Below are positions 10,186 through 18,968 of a DNA stretch of 54,935 nucleotides, one piece after another. This DNA comes from Gammaproteobacteria bacterium (GTDB lineage: Bacteria; Pseudomonadota; Gammaproteobacteria; Tenderiales; Tenderiaceae), in assembly GCA_024277755.1 (NCBI GenBank), contig JAJRUN010000002.1:1-54935 (forward strand), given 5' to 3'. The notes under the pieces are model-generated. The model ran no database searches and was not told the origin of the DNA. It was given only the letters and a program-made list of their open reading frames with translations. The translations under genes and the position numbers were made by a program. Every line of letters begins with the position of its first letter. Positions within the stretch are counted from its first letter, which is position 1.

Positions 10186-11229
10186 ATGTCTGAGTCATGG
10201 GATAAAAAAGAGAGTGGTGGTGACAGCTGGGGTCTGCCTGAGGGTATGGACCCGATGCGCGTCATGCAGGTTGCCTCGGGCTATTGGCAGTCTTGCGCCT
10301 TGCACGCCGCTAATCGTTTGGACATTTTCAATCGTCTGGATGGTCAGGCCAAAGACCTGGATACCCTGGCCACGGAAGCCGACGCCGATAAACGCTGCCT
10401 TGGCGCTCTGCTCAGCGCACTGGTTTCCATGGATTTTCTTGACCGAGACGGCGACGTTTTCAAAAACAATCAGTTTGGCCAGACCTTTCTCACCAACTCC
10501 AGCAAGTTTTACCAGGGCGGCATTGTCTACATGTTTGAAAACTGGTACGAAGCCTGGGGCGGACTCTACGACACAGTCAAGACCGGCACACCATCGGCAC
10601 TGATGCATCAGGAGTATTCCGACCAGGAAACCCAGGACTACATGATGGGTATGCACAATCGCGCCTTGTCACAGGCCGACGTGCTCACCAGCCTGTTTGA
10701 CCTCAGCGGCAAAAAACAGTTGATGGATGTCGGCTGTGGCCCATCCACCTTTGCCATCAAATTCTGTGAAAAATATGACGGCCTCAATGCCGTCGCCATG
10801 GATAGAGAGCAAACCCTCAAAATAGCCAAAGGCATCGTTGACCAATATGGTATGCAGGACAGGGTTGAATTGCGTCCAGGCGATTACAACACCGATTCCC
10901 TCGGCGAAGGCAACGATGCCATGCTGCTCTCGTCCATGACCAACCAGGAGTCGCCGGAGAACATCAAAAAACTGCTGCAAAAATGCTATGACTCCATGAA
11001 CAGCGATGGTGTCATCATGATTCAGGAACAGCTGCTGCACGCAGATAAAAAAGGCCCGCAACTGGCCGCCCTGATCGGCGTCAACCAGATCATCAATACG
11101 GTTGGTGGTTCATCCTATTCAACCGCCGAGATGGAAGATATCCTGCGCCAAGTAGGATTCGTCGATATTAAATCTGAGCAAATGGCGGCACCAAGCCCGT
11201 TTATTATGGTTAGCGGTTACAAACGTTAA
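10186..11229 (+). CDS. SAM-dependent O-methyltransferase (Methyltransf_2 type with N-terminal dimerisation domain)
   Basis: N-terminal wHTH-like segment (GYWQSCALHAANRLDIFNRL), SAM motif LMDVGCGPS, PGDYNTD. ATG at 10186 preceded by GAGG. Confidence 0.85.
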   Translation: MSESWDKKESGGDSWGLPEGMDPMRVMQVASGYWQSCALHAANRLDIFNRLDGQAKDLDTLATEADADKRCLGALLSALVSMDFLDRDGDVFKNNQFGQTFLTNSSKFYQGGIVYMFENWYEAWGGLYDTVKTGTPSALMHQEYSDQETQDYMMGMHNRALSQADVLTSLFDLSGKKQLMDVGCGPSTFAIKFCEKYDGLNAVAMDREQTLKIAKGIVDQYGMQDRVELRPGDYNTDSLGEGNDAMLLSSMTNQESPENIKKLLQKCYDSMNSDGVIMIQEQLLHADKKGPQLAALIGVNQIINTVGGSSYSTAEMEDILRQVGFVDIKSEQMAAPSPFIMVSGYKR

Positions 11230-11248
11230 TCACCGCAATTCGGGTAAC

Positions 11249-11283
11249 AAAAAACCGCCACTGATAAAATTGGCGGTTTTTTT
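11249..11283. terminator. Bidirectional intrinsic terminator
   Basis: AAAAAACCGCCA-ctgataaaat-TGGCGGTTTTTTT between convergent genes, with A and T tracts on either side. Confidence 0.85.
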
Positions 11284-11308
11284 ATGCCCGCTCGAAATCA
11301 GAAATGCA

Positions 11309-11647
11309 TCACTGCCCAACTGTCTTGCCCAGATCAGCACAAGGAAGATAGACCAAAAAACCAACCCCGCCACCTGAGCGGTTCTCTGACTCCAGATAAC
11401 CCTTGTTGTGGTGAATAATTCCATACGCTTCAGCCAAACCAGCAGATTGTTCAGCAACACCCTCATGAGAAGTATAAGAGCCATTAAAAATATCGACCTG
11501 CCTGAATGGTTTTATCTGCGGGCAATCACTCGACATGCTCAACACCACGTATTCACCAGCAGCCAGGCCCGCTTTATTTGCCACCTGTGGTTGCGTCAGG
11601 TTTTTATTACTAAGAGATATTTCAATACGGCCATTTTGGAAACCATT
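11309..11647 (-). pseudogene. Degenerate HATPase_c (kinase C-terminal) remnant
   Basis: Frame open from 11647 to 11309: NGRIEISLSN...GLAAGEYVVLSM...IFNGSYTS...AGLAEAYGIIHHNKGYLESENRSGGGVGFLVYLP. This is the end of a hybrid-type histidine kinase, with the G1 and G2 boxes eroded. Confidence 0.65.
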
Positions 11648-12216
11648 TCAAATTTTTCCAGCTGCTGCAGGCGCTGACTGCGAGAATTTTCGTAAGGCTC
11701 AAAACCATTGCCTTTCATCTCTCGCCAGGCCATGGCCCAACCGCCAAAAGAGGTTTCATCCACAGCGGCGAATGTTTTATCCTTTAGGTCATTAAGGGAT
11801 TGAATATCGTTACGCCCGATAGCGGTGAAAATCACGCCAGCAAACGTTGATAGCGACTCTTTTTCATTCAGGCGGCTGTTAAGACTCAGGACAGCATTAA
11901 CACCATATTCACTTTCCATATCAACAAAACTGACTGGGTTGGTGAGAAGAAAATCTATTTTTCGCGCTTTGACAGCTACATCAATCTGGTGAAGGTCAAG
12001 AGGAACAATCTTGAATTTATAGGCGGGGATACGAGCTTGCAGATATTCAGCCGTGGCCGGCCAACGCTGCATGGTCAGGACTTCGTTACCTTTGGTCAAG
12101 ACACCAATCCTAACCGGGGTGGAATCGACCGCCCGCGCCACAGCACTGATAACCACGACAGCAACAATCAACAGGCCACAGCAAAATCGTTTTATAGCGG
12201 CAAAGCGATTAACCAT
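11596..12216 (-). pseudogene. Truncated N-terminal phosphonate-binding-fold sensor domain, TtrS/ThsS-like
   Basis: Signal/TM start, then RIGVL...RWPATAEYL, IVPLDLHQIDVAV...DFLLTNP and VDETSFGGW. Similarity stops near 11690, followed by a short non-homologous tail. No TM2, HisKA or full periplasmic domain. Confidence 0.7.
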
Positions 12217-12290
12217 ACACGCACAACCCTTTTGCTTATATTTAGCATGGTATTACATGAATATAATTATTAGCAGCCACTAATTAATAT

Positions 12291-13484
12291 TTAAAGTCGC
12301 CCACGCCTGTCCTGCAACAGGAAGCCATTCAAATCATTGGCAAAATCCCGACCAATGGCCAACACCTTAAATAACTCCCCCATTTCATTCGGCAAGGTGA
12401 GTTTTTTGACCTGCTGGGTCACCTCCATATAGGTACGCACATCAGTCTGATCCTGTTGCGCCAGCAGCTCACCCAGACCCGTGGCCAACAGAAACTGAGC
12501 CTGAGACGTGTAACCCATCACATCCAGACCGGCATCATGGGCCGCCTGTGCCAGGGCAGTGAAATCCACATGAGCCGTAATGTCCTGCAACCCTGCCAGG
12601 ACCAAGGGATCACCGTGGGCACGATGACGGTAGTGACACATCAGAGTACCCGTGGTGCGATCGGCGTGGTAAAACTCATGCTGCGGAAAACCGTAATCAA
12701 TGATCAGGGCAACCCCCTTTTCCAGTATTGCCGCCAGGCTGTTAATCCAGGCCGTCTGCGCCAAGTTGATCTCGGTCAGATAACCGGGGCAAAACACCTC
12801 GTCACCCAGCTCATCGGTTAAGGCATTAATACGTTGCTGCAAGACTGGCGATTGCAGCGGCTTGTCCTGCCAGACAAAATCACGACCATTGTGCCCCACC
12901 AGGCGCTCTTCCAGCCCCGCCTCTTTAAACAACAGCAGATGCACTGGCATGGCATCTACCACCTCATTGGCCAGAATCACCCCTTGGAAGCCGGACTCCG
13001 GCAGGCCATCCAGCCAGCAGACCCGCGCCAGCAAATGCGGTGCGCGCTGGGTAATGGTTTGTTGCTGACGCTGTTTCAGGTCAGGACTCAGCTCGAGGAT
13101 AAAATATTGTCCAGGCAATGAATCGAGCCGCTCCAGCTCCAACAACACCTCACTGGCCATAGCACCGGTGCCAGCGCCAAACTCCAGGATGTCTCCAAAA
13201 CCAATCTCCGCCAGCACCTGCTGGCATTGCCGCGCCAGACACTGGGAAAACAGCGCGGATATCTCCGGTGCAGTAACAAAATCGCCACCTTCACCAAACT
13301 TGCGCGCCCCGGCGCTGTAATACCCCAGACCGGGCTGATACAGGGCCATGCCCATAAACCGGGCAAAATCGATGGCACCACCGGCGACATCGATTTGTCG
13401 ACGAATTTCTGTTTTGAGTTGCTCACTGTGTTGTTGCGCCAACGCATCCGGCGTGGGCAAATCTATGGCTGCTTGCTGCATCAA
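12291..13484 (-). CDS. SAM-dependent methyltransferase, MidA/NDUFAF7 (DUF185) family
   Basis: FARFMGMALYQPGLGYYS, GDFVTAPEISALF, LEFGAGTG, ANEVVDAMP, IDYG, QDITAHVDF, EMGELFKV motifs. Confidence 0.92.
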   Translation of the reverse strand: MMQQAAIDLPTPDALAQQHSEQLKTEIRRQIDVAGGAIDFARFMGMALYQPGLGYYSAGARKFGEGGDFVTAPEISALFSQCLARQCQQVLAEIGFGDILEFGAGTGAMASEVLLELERLDSLPGQYFILELSPDLKQRQQQTITQRAPHLLARVCWLDGLPESGFQGVILANEVVDAMPVHLLLFKEAGLEERLVGHNGRDFVWQDKPLQSPVLQQRINALTDELGDEVFCPGYLTEINLAQTAWINSLAAILEKGVALIIDYGFPQHEFYHADRTTGTLMCHYRHRAHGDPLVLAGLQDITAHVDFTALAQAAHDAGLDVMGYTSQAQFLLATGLGELLAQQDQTDVRTYMEVTQQVKKLTLPNEMGELFKVLAIGRDFANDLNGFLLQDRRGRL

Positions 13485-13549
13485 AATTCCTGTTTACTAA
13501 ACAATCAGTTAAAGTGTGCACAGTCTATCGGAAATGGATCTGAAACTCG

Positions 13550-14290
13550 ATGAATGCAAAGCCAAAGGTCGCCCTGATCACCGGTGCCGCCCACCGCATT
13601 GGTGCCGAAATGACGCGGCAGTTACATAGCACCGGTTTGAACATAGCCCTGCACTACCGCCACTCACAACAAAGCGCTGAGGCACTGGCTACAGAGCTAA
13701 ATGGCAGGCGCCCGGACTCTGTAGTTTTGATCCAGGCAGACCTGCTGGAAACAACGACCCTGCCGGAAATCATCGCCCAGGCCTGCAAACCCTGGCAACG
13801 ACTGGATGTGTTAATCAACAATGCCTCCACATTTTATCCCACTGAGATTGGTACTGCCACAGAGCGGGACTGGGATGATCTAATTGGCAGCAACCTGAAG
13901 GCACCGTTTTTTCTGGCTCAGGCAGCGGCGGAAGAATTAACCAAACAACACGGCTGCATTATCAACATCATCGACATCCATTCGCAGCGGCCAATGAAAG
14001 GCTACCCCATCTATAGCGCTGCCAAGGCTGGCCTGGCGATGCTAACCATGTCACTGGCGCGGGAACTGGGGCCGAATGTGCGTGTTAACGGCGTTGCCCC
14101 CGGTGCCATTCTTTGGCCGGAGCATGAGATGGCCGATCAGGCCAAGGGGGAAATCATCGACCGCACCGCCCTCAAACGCCAGGGCAGCGCGGCAGACATT
14201 GCCAAGGCCGTCCTGTTTCTGATTCGCGATGCCGATTACATCAGCGGCCAGATTATCAATGTCGATGGTGGCCGTACACTGAGTTTCTAG
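13550..14290 (+). CDS. Pteridine reductase (FolM/PTR1-like short-chain dehydrogenase)
   Basis: ITGAAHRIG, LINNASTFYPT, NLKAPFFL, YSAAK catalytic motif, GQIINVDGGR; next to folK/folB. Confidence 0.9.
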   Translation: MNAKPKVALITGAAHRIGAEMTRQLHSTGLNIALHYRHSQQSAEALATELNGRRPDSVVLIQADLLETTTLPEIIAQACKPWQRLDVLINNASTFYPTEIGTATERDWDDLIGSNLKAPFFLAQAAAEELTKQHGCIINIIDIHSQRPMKGYPIYSAAKAGLAMLTMSLARELGPNVRVNGVAPGAILWPEHEMADQAKGEIIDRTALKRQGSAADIAKAVLFLIRDADYISGQIINVDGGRTLSF

Positions 14291-14307
14291 CGGCCTGTTT
14301 GGAAAGA

Positions 14308-15510
14308 TCAAATAAACGCCAGCGGGTCAATGCCCACCTTTTGCGCTGAAACGGATTCAACAATGACAATGGAATCTGCCGCCGCCAAATCCATATCCTC
14401 CAGCAACGGATAACGACCATTGCGTTCATTAAAGACCAGCCGCACCCTGGGGCGCAACAGGTGTGCTTCGTCCTGCTCCATCACCACGGCAATCATTTCC
14501 GAACTCAATCGCACCAGGGTGCCCACCGGATAAATACCCACACAGCGAACAAACTGGTGCGCCAGCTCTTCACCAAAATGGTCCGGGCTCCACTCCAGCA
14601 ATTTACCCAAGGCATAGGTTGGCTCCCAGGCCTGCTTGTAACAACGGTTAGAGATCAGCGCATCATAGACATCCGCAATGGCTGACATCCGCCCCACTTC
14701 ACTCAGACCATCGCCACGCAAACCAAACGGATAACCGCTGCCATCAACACGCTCATGGTGTTGCATCACCACGCTCATCGAAACATCACTCAGCCAGCCA
14801 AAACCGGCCAGTTGCTCAGCCCCTAGTTCCACATGCTGTTTCATCTCGGCAAACTCGTCGGTGGTCAGCGGCCCCGGTTTGCTAAGCAATTCAGGCGACA
14901 CCCGCGTCTTGCCCAGGTCATGCATCAATGCCCCTGTGGCTATTTGCCGTATTGTCTCGTCGTCATAACCCATGGTTTGAGCAAACACAGTCATCAACAC
15001 ACAGACACCAATGGAATGCATGTAGGTGTATTGATCCACCGTCTTGATCCGCGCCAGGGTAAGCAGCGCATCCTTGTTGCGCAACACCGATGCACTGATG
15101 CTGTCGACCACTTCATCTACAGCCGTGCTTTCTATTTTATGGCCCAAACGAGCATTCCGCATAACCAGGCGCATTGCCTTGTTGGCCTCATAGACAACCA
15201 GCTTTGCCTGCACCAGCTCCGACTCAAAACTGGCCTGTTTATCCAGGCCCGGCAACTCATCCGCCAGCAGCTGTTCAGTGTCGCTTATTTCCTGCTGCAC
15301 CACATCGATCGGCACAGCCACATCAAAATCCTGACCTCGTTCGGTATCAATATAAACATGCTTGATGCCAGCAGCAATGACCTCATCGACCGTTGCTTGT
15401 TTATCAAGCGCAAAACGGTTGCTGAAAAAGGGGTGTTTCATCCAGGCGGCATCAAGGTCATGAATATACATTCCGACCTTCAGATTCTGCGTGGCAATCT
15501 TTTTAATCAT
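14308..15510 (-). CDS. HD-GYP cyclic di-nucleotide phosphodiesterase with N-terminal DUF3391-like domain
   Basis: LKVGMYIHDLDAAWMKHPF N-terminus; YTYMHS, HDLGK, HHERVDGSGYP, IADVYDAL, GIYPVG motifs intact. Confidence 0.9.
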   Translation of the reverse strand: MIKKIATQNLKVGMYIHDLDAAWMKHPFFSNRFALDKQATVDEVIAAGIKHVYIDTERGQDFDVAVPIDVVQQEISDTEQLLADELPGLDKQASFESELVQAKLVVYEANKAMRLVMRNARLGHKIESTAVDEVVDSISASVLRNKDALLTLARIKTVDQYTYMHSIGVCVLMTVFAQTMGYDDETIRQIATGALMHDLGKTRVSPELLSKPGPLTTDEFAEMKQHVELGAEQLAGFGWLSDVSMSVVMQHHERVDGSGYPFGLRGDGLSEVGRMSAIADVYDALISNRCYKQAWEPTYALGKLLEWSPDHFGEELAHQFVRCVGIYPVGTLVRLSSEMIAVVMEQDEAHLLRPRVRLVFNERNGRYPLLEDMDLAAADSIVIVESVSAQKVGIDPLAFI

Positions 15511-15563
15511 CTCCTGACCGCCCCCTTGGCCTGGTCAATACTGAAACATAACGAATGTATCGA

Positions 15564-16055
15564 CTAGCCCCAGTCAAACTCAACCGGCCAAAGCGACTGG
15601 CTGTCTTTATCAAACGCCTGCCACATTGCCGCAATTGTCTGTTTGAACTGCGGATGCACCACCTCACCAGCAACCTCGGCCAAGGGCCACAACACAAAGG
15701 CATTTTTGCTGATCTCGTCACGCGGAATATTCAGCCTGCTGTCATTGATAATGACATCGCCGTACAACAACAGGTCAAGGTCAATGATGCGTGAACTAAA
15801 CTTGGGCCCCTTGCGATCACGACCGTGGCCGTCTTCAATACGACGCAACTGCTCTGCAACCTCAGCAACATCATCAGCTGTTTCAAAACCAACCACCAGG
15901 TTGTAAAAATTGTCACCATCAAACCCCACTGCCTCGCTTTCATAGACCGTTGAAACCATGAGTTCGGGATAATGTTGACGCAGATCCAACATGGCCATTC
16001 GAATATTCACCGCCGGCTCGATATTGCTGCCAACACTAATGAAAACCCATGCCAT
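15564..16055 (-). CDS. folK: 2-amino-4-hydroxy-6-hydroxymethyldihydropteridine diphosphokinase
   Basis: FISVGSNIE, STVYESEAVG, FYNLVV, SSRIIDLDLLLYG, FVLWPLAE. Confidence 0.93.
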   Translation of the reverse strand: MAWVFISVGSNIEPAVNIRMAMLDLRQHYPELMVSTVYESEAVGFDGDNFYNLVVGFETADDVAEVAEQLRRIEDGHGRDRKGPKFSSRIIDLDLLLYGDVIINDSRLNIPRDEISKNAFVLWPLAEVAGEVVHPQFKQTIAAMWQAFDKDSQSLWPVEFDWG

Positions 16056-16412
16056 CTAAACCATTTCCCCACGCTCAATAATCACCCCCACATCAACGGC
16101 GGCAGACACCGCTCCCTTCTTGTTGAGTCGCAACCGCACCCAGGGCACCGAAAATTCCTCACGAATAATAGCCACAACCCGCTCAGCCAGAGTCTCAACC
16201 AGCTCAAATTCGCTTTGCTCAACAAACTCGATCACCCGCTTGGAGACCGCTTTATAATTAAGGGTATCGTCAATATTGTCGGTTTCAGCAGCACGGCGAA
16301 TATCCGTGCCCATTTCCAGATCAAGAATGACACTCTGCTTGATCTCCCGCTCCCAGTCATACACGCCGATAACCGTCTCGATCTTTAAATCACTTAAATA
16401 AATAATATCCAT
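16056..16412 (-). CDS. folB: Dihydroneopterin aldolase
   Basis: MDIIYLSDLKIETVIGVYDWER, LNYKAV, LVETLAE, KKGAV, VGVIIERG. Confidence 0.95.
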   Translation of the reverse strand: MDIIYLSDLKIETVIGVYDWEREIKQSVILDLEMGTDIRRAAETDNIDDTLNYKAVSKRVIEFVEQSEFELVETLAERVVAIIREEFSVPWVRLRLNKKGAVSAAVDVGVIIERGEMV

Positions 16413-16516
16413 TTGCCCTTCTTTGATTCTGCTGACTCATCACGACAGATTGGGCAATCCAGCCCAACTGCCGTATCATTACGTCCCGTTTACGGCTTCA
16501 TTTGAATCGAAATATT

Positions 16517-17095
16517 ATGCTTGATATCAGCCTTGTTGTATTCGCCTATTTGCTTGGCTCAGTCTCTGCCGCCATTGTTACCTGCAAGGCAATGGGCCTG
16601 CCTGACCCCCGTTCAGAAGGCTCACGCAACCCGGGTGCCACCAACGTTTTACGTTTTGGTGGCAAAAAGGCAGCCGCCATCACCCTGTTTGGTGACATGC
16701 TCAAAGGCCTGCTACCGGTTTTGCTGGGACACGCTATCGGAGTGGATGAAAGCGTCCTGGCAGCCACCGCCATGGCCGCCTTTCTCGGCCACCTATACCC
16801 ACTGTTTTTTGGCTTCAAAGGTGGCAAGGGCGTCGCAACCGCCTTCGGCGTTTTACTGGGCCTGGCCTGGCCGGTGGCATTGGCGGTGCTGGCCACCTGG
16901 CTGATCGTAGCCAAGGTCTTCAAGCTCTCATCCCTGGCCGCCCTGGCTGCGGCTGTTTTAACGCCGCTGTATACCTGGCAGCTGGCACCAGAGAATGTTT
17001 ACATCAGCCTTAGCGTCGCCATTTCAATCTTGCTGTTATGGCGCCACCGCAGCAATATCCAACGCCTGCTGTCAGGTGAAGAAGGCAAGGTTTAA
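16517..17095 (+). CDS. plsY: Glycerol-3-phosphate acyltransferase PlsY
   Basis: AYLLGSV, GSRNPGATNVLR, DMLKG, GHLYPLFFGFKGGKGVATA, RHRSNIQRL. ATG at 16517 chosen as start. Confidence 0.96.
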   Translation: MLDISLVVFAYLLGSVSAAIVTCKAMGLPDPRSEGSRNPGATNVLRFGGKKAAAITLFGDMLKGLLPVLLGHAIGVDESVLAATAMAAFLGHLYPLFFGFKGGKGVATAFGVLLGLAWPVALAVLATWLIVAKVFKLSSLAALAAAVLTPLYTWQLAPENVYISLSVAISILLLWRHRSNIQRLLSGEEGKV

Positions 17096-17101
17096 AATTG
17101 A

Positions 17102-17548
17102 TCAGGCCACCTCAACCTTGAGCCAGCCGTCACCCATATCAACCACCTTGACCTGACTGCCAGCAGCACAATCCGGCCCCTGCACTGCCCAAATCACGCC
17201 ATCAATATTGTGCGTGGTATGGCCATTTTCAACGCCATTTACCAGACTCATCACCTCACCAACATAGCTGCGATTTTTAAGAATATCCTGCTGCCGTTGA
17301 ATCTTTTGCATCCGTTCCTGCAAATACGAACGACTCATCCAGACGAGTACGGCACTCAAAACCACAAAAAACAGACACTGCACAACAAAGCCAACATACG
17401 GAAAAAGACCACTCGCCGCCCCCACCAGCACCGCAGCCACACTGGCCGCCATAAACATAAACCGGCCATGCATCACTTCAATAATCAACAGCAACGACGC
17501 CACAGCAAACCAGAACCAGTGAAATCCAAACGCAGCAATATAATCCAT
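17102..17548 (-). CDS. NfeD-like (YbbJ-type) membrane protein
   Basis: N-terminal hydrophobic helices (WFWFAVASLLLIIE), C-terminal OB-fold-like IDGVIWAVQG...GSQVKVVDMGDGWLKV. Confidence 0.8.
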   Translation of the reverse strand: MDYIAAFGFHWFWFAVASLLLIIEVMHGRFMFMAASVAAVLVGAASGLFPYVGFVVQCLFFVVLSAVLVWMSRSYLQERMQKIQRQQDILKNRSYVGEVMSLVNGVENGHTTHNIDGVIWAVQGPDCAAGSQVKVVDMGDGWLKVEVA

Positions 17549-17685
17549 TTCGGTTTCCGGCCGCTTAAACGACCACTCCTGTTAAAATAGGTTGAAGCGC
17601 AAGATTATAACCCTTGTCGGCGCTCAACCCATAGACGATATGCAACACAGCGACCTCACCCATTTACTCAACCGAATGTTTAAAC

Positions 17686-18573
17686 ATGCGCACCAAACTC
17701 ATCAAGCTAATCCTGTTTGTTAGCGCCAGGCTACCACTGCGAATCAATCACCTGCTCGGCAATCTGCTGGGGCGACTGTTGATGCTGACAAACAACCAAC
17801 AACGCCGCATCGCCAAGCGCAACCTGCAACGCTGCTTTGCCGGCCTCACCAGTAAACAACAACAGAAACTGTTACGCCGCAACATGCAGGAAACCGGCAA
17901 GCTCCTGCTTGAAAGTGGCCGGGTATGGCTAACAGACAAAGCCGGTTTTTATGCCATGGTGCAAGAGGTTCATGGCCAACAACACTTGCAACAGGCTCTG
18001 GCAAAAGGCAATGGCGTCATCCTGGCTATTCCGCACCTGGGCAACTGGGAGGTGGTTGGCCTCTACTGCTCTTCGCAACACACCATGACCAGTCTCTATC
18101 GTCCGCCACGGCTTGCCGGCATTGACAACCTGATTCGTCATGCCCGTGAACGCTTTGGAGCCAAACTTGTGCCTACTAATGCCAAGGGGGTCCGCGCCTT
18201 GTATCAGGCACTGTCTGCCAATGAGCTGGTGGCCATCCTGCCAGATCAAGACCCGCGCGACAAAGGCGGCCTGTTTGCCCCTTTCTTTGGCATTCAGGCC
18301 AACACTATGACCCTGCTGTCACGTCTGAGCCAAAAATCCAATGCCAGCGTATTGTGCTGTTATGCCGAACGCCTGCCTCGCGGGCGCGGTTTTGCCATCC
18401 ACTTTCTACCCGCCGAGCCAGCGCTGTATGAGAAAGATGCGAGCACATCCGTCGCCACACTAAACCGGATGGTGGAACAGGCGATCCGCCAAATTCCGGA
18501 ACAGTATCAATGGGGATATAAGCGCTTTCGCAGTCGTACGGAAGGGGAAGGAAATTTCTACAGCGACCTTTAA
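17686..18573 (+). CDS. Lipid A biosynthesis acyltransferase family (LpxL/HtrB-like lysophospholipid acyltransferase)
   Basis: IAKRNLQRCF, PHLGNWE, ILPDQDP, APFFG, PEQYQWGYKRFR motifs. Confidence 0.88.
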   Translation: MRTKLIKLILFVSARLPLRINHLLGNLLGRLLMLTNNQQRRIAKRNLQRCFAGLTSKQQQKLLRRNMQETGKLLLESGRVWLTDKAGFYAMVQEVHGQQHLQQALAKGNGVILAIPHLGNWEVVGLYCSSQHTMTSLYRPPRLAGIDNLIRHARERFGAKLVPTNAKGVRALYQALSANELVAILPDQDPRDKGGLFAPFFGIQANTMTLLSRLSQKSNASVLCCYAERLPRGRGFAIHFLPAEPALYEKDASTSVATLNRMVEQAIRQIPEQYQWGYKRFRSRTEGEGNFYSDL

Positions 18574-18621
18574 AACATTGCTTAACAGGCTGTTAATCAT
18601 TGCGCCTGCTCTTCAGGCAAC

Positions 18622-18654
18622 AAAAAAGCCTTACCGGAACCACCCGGCAAGGCT
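18622..18654 (-). terminator. Intrinsic terminator of the small secreted protein gene
   Basis: Minus strand AGCCTTGCCGG-gtggtt-CCGGTAAGGCT followed by a T run, immediately after the stop at 18660. Confidence 0.75.
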
Positions 18655-18659
18655 GACAA

Positions 18660-18968
18660 CTACAGACAGGGATCTTCGACTGGATCGGTGATGGAACCAA
18701 AAACCTGCGTCATTGAACCACCCTGAATAATTTGCACAATCTGCGTAAAACCAAAGGTAAAACTAAAAAACTGACAGATTGCATTAGGATCACTGCTATT
18801 GGTATTACTCTGGGAGATATTCATATTACTGCTGGATAAAGAAAACGAATTATTGGTAAAACTGGTGGTGTTGTTGGTATTGGTGTTTGTCCAGTTGCTT
18901 TGCGCCAAGCTGTTGCCTGTCGCAAAAACAGAAATGGCTGCCACCAATGCCAAATGACGTATTTTCAT
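18660..18968 (-). CDS. Small secreted Asn/Ser/Thr-rich hypothetical protein (102 aa)
   Basis: GGAGG RBS just upstream of ATG 18968; Sec signal MKIRHLALVAAISVFATGNSLA; own downstream terminator; no recognisable family. Confidence 0.75.
   Translation of the reverse strand: MKIRHLALVAAISVFATGNSLAQSNWTNTNTNNTTSFTNNSFSLSSSNMNISQSNTNSSDPNAICQFFSFTFGFTQIVQIIQGGSMTQVFGSITDPVEDPCL

Noticed and set aside
11230-11484. 84-aa minus-strand hydrophobic ORF
   Set aside because: Runs through the terminator and overlaps the frame that carries recognisable HATPase similarity.
9572-14290. O-methyltransferase, MidA-type methyltransferase and reductase as a biosynthetic gene cluster
   Set aside because: Mixed orientations, a terminator and a pseudogene separate them; there is no scaffold synthase, and two of the genes are widespread core families.
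14833-15567. 244-aa plus-strand ORF
   Set aside because: Antisense to the HD-GYP gene; His/Gln/Arg-rich composition typical of shadow frames. The same applies to 20314-20958, 30285-30935, 38543-39064 and 44743-45192.
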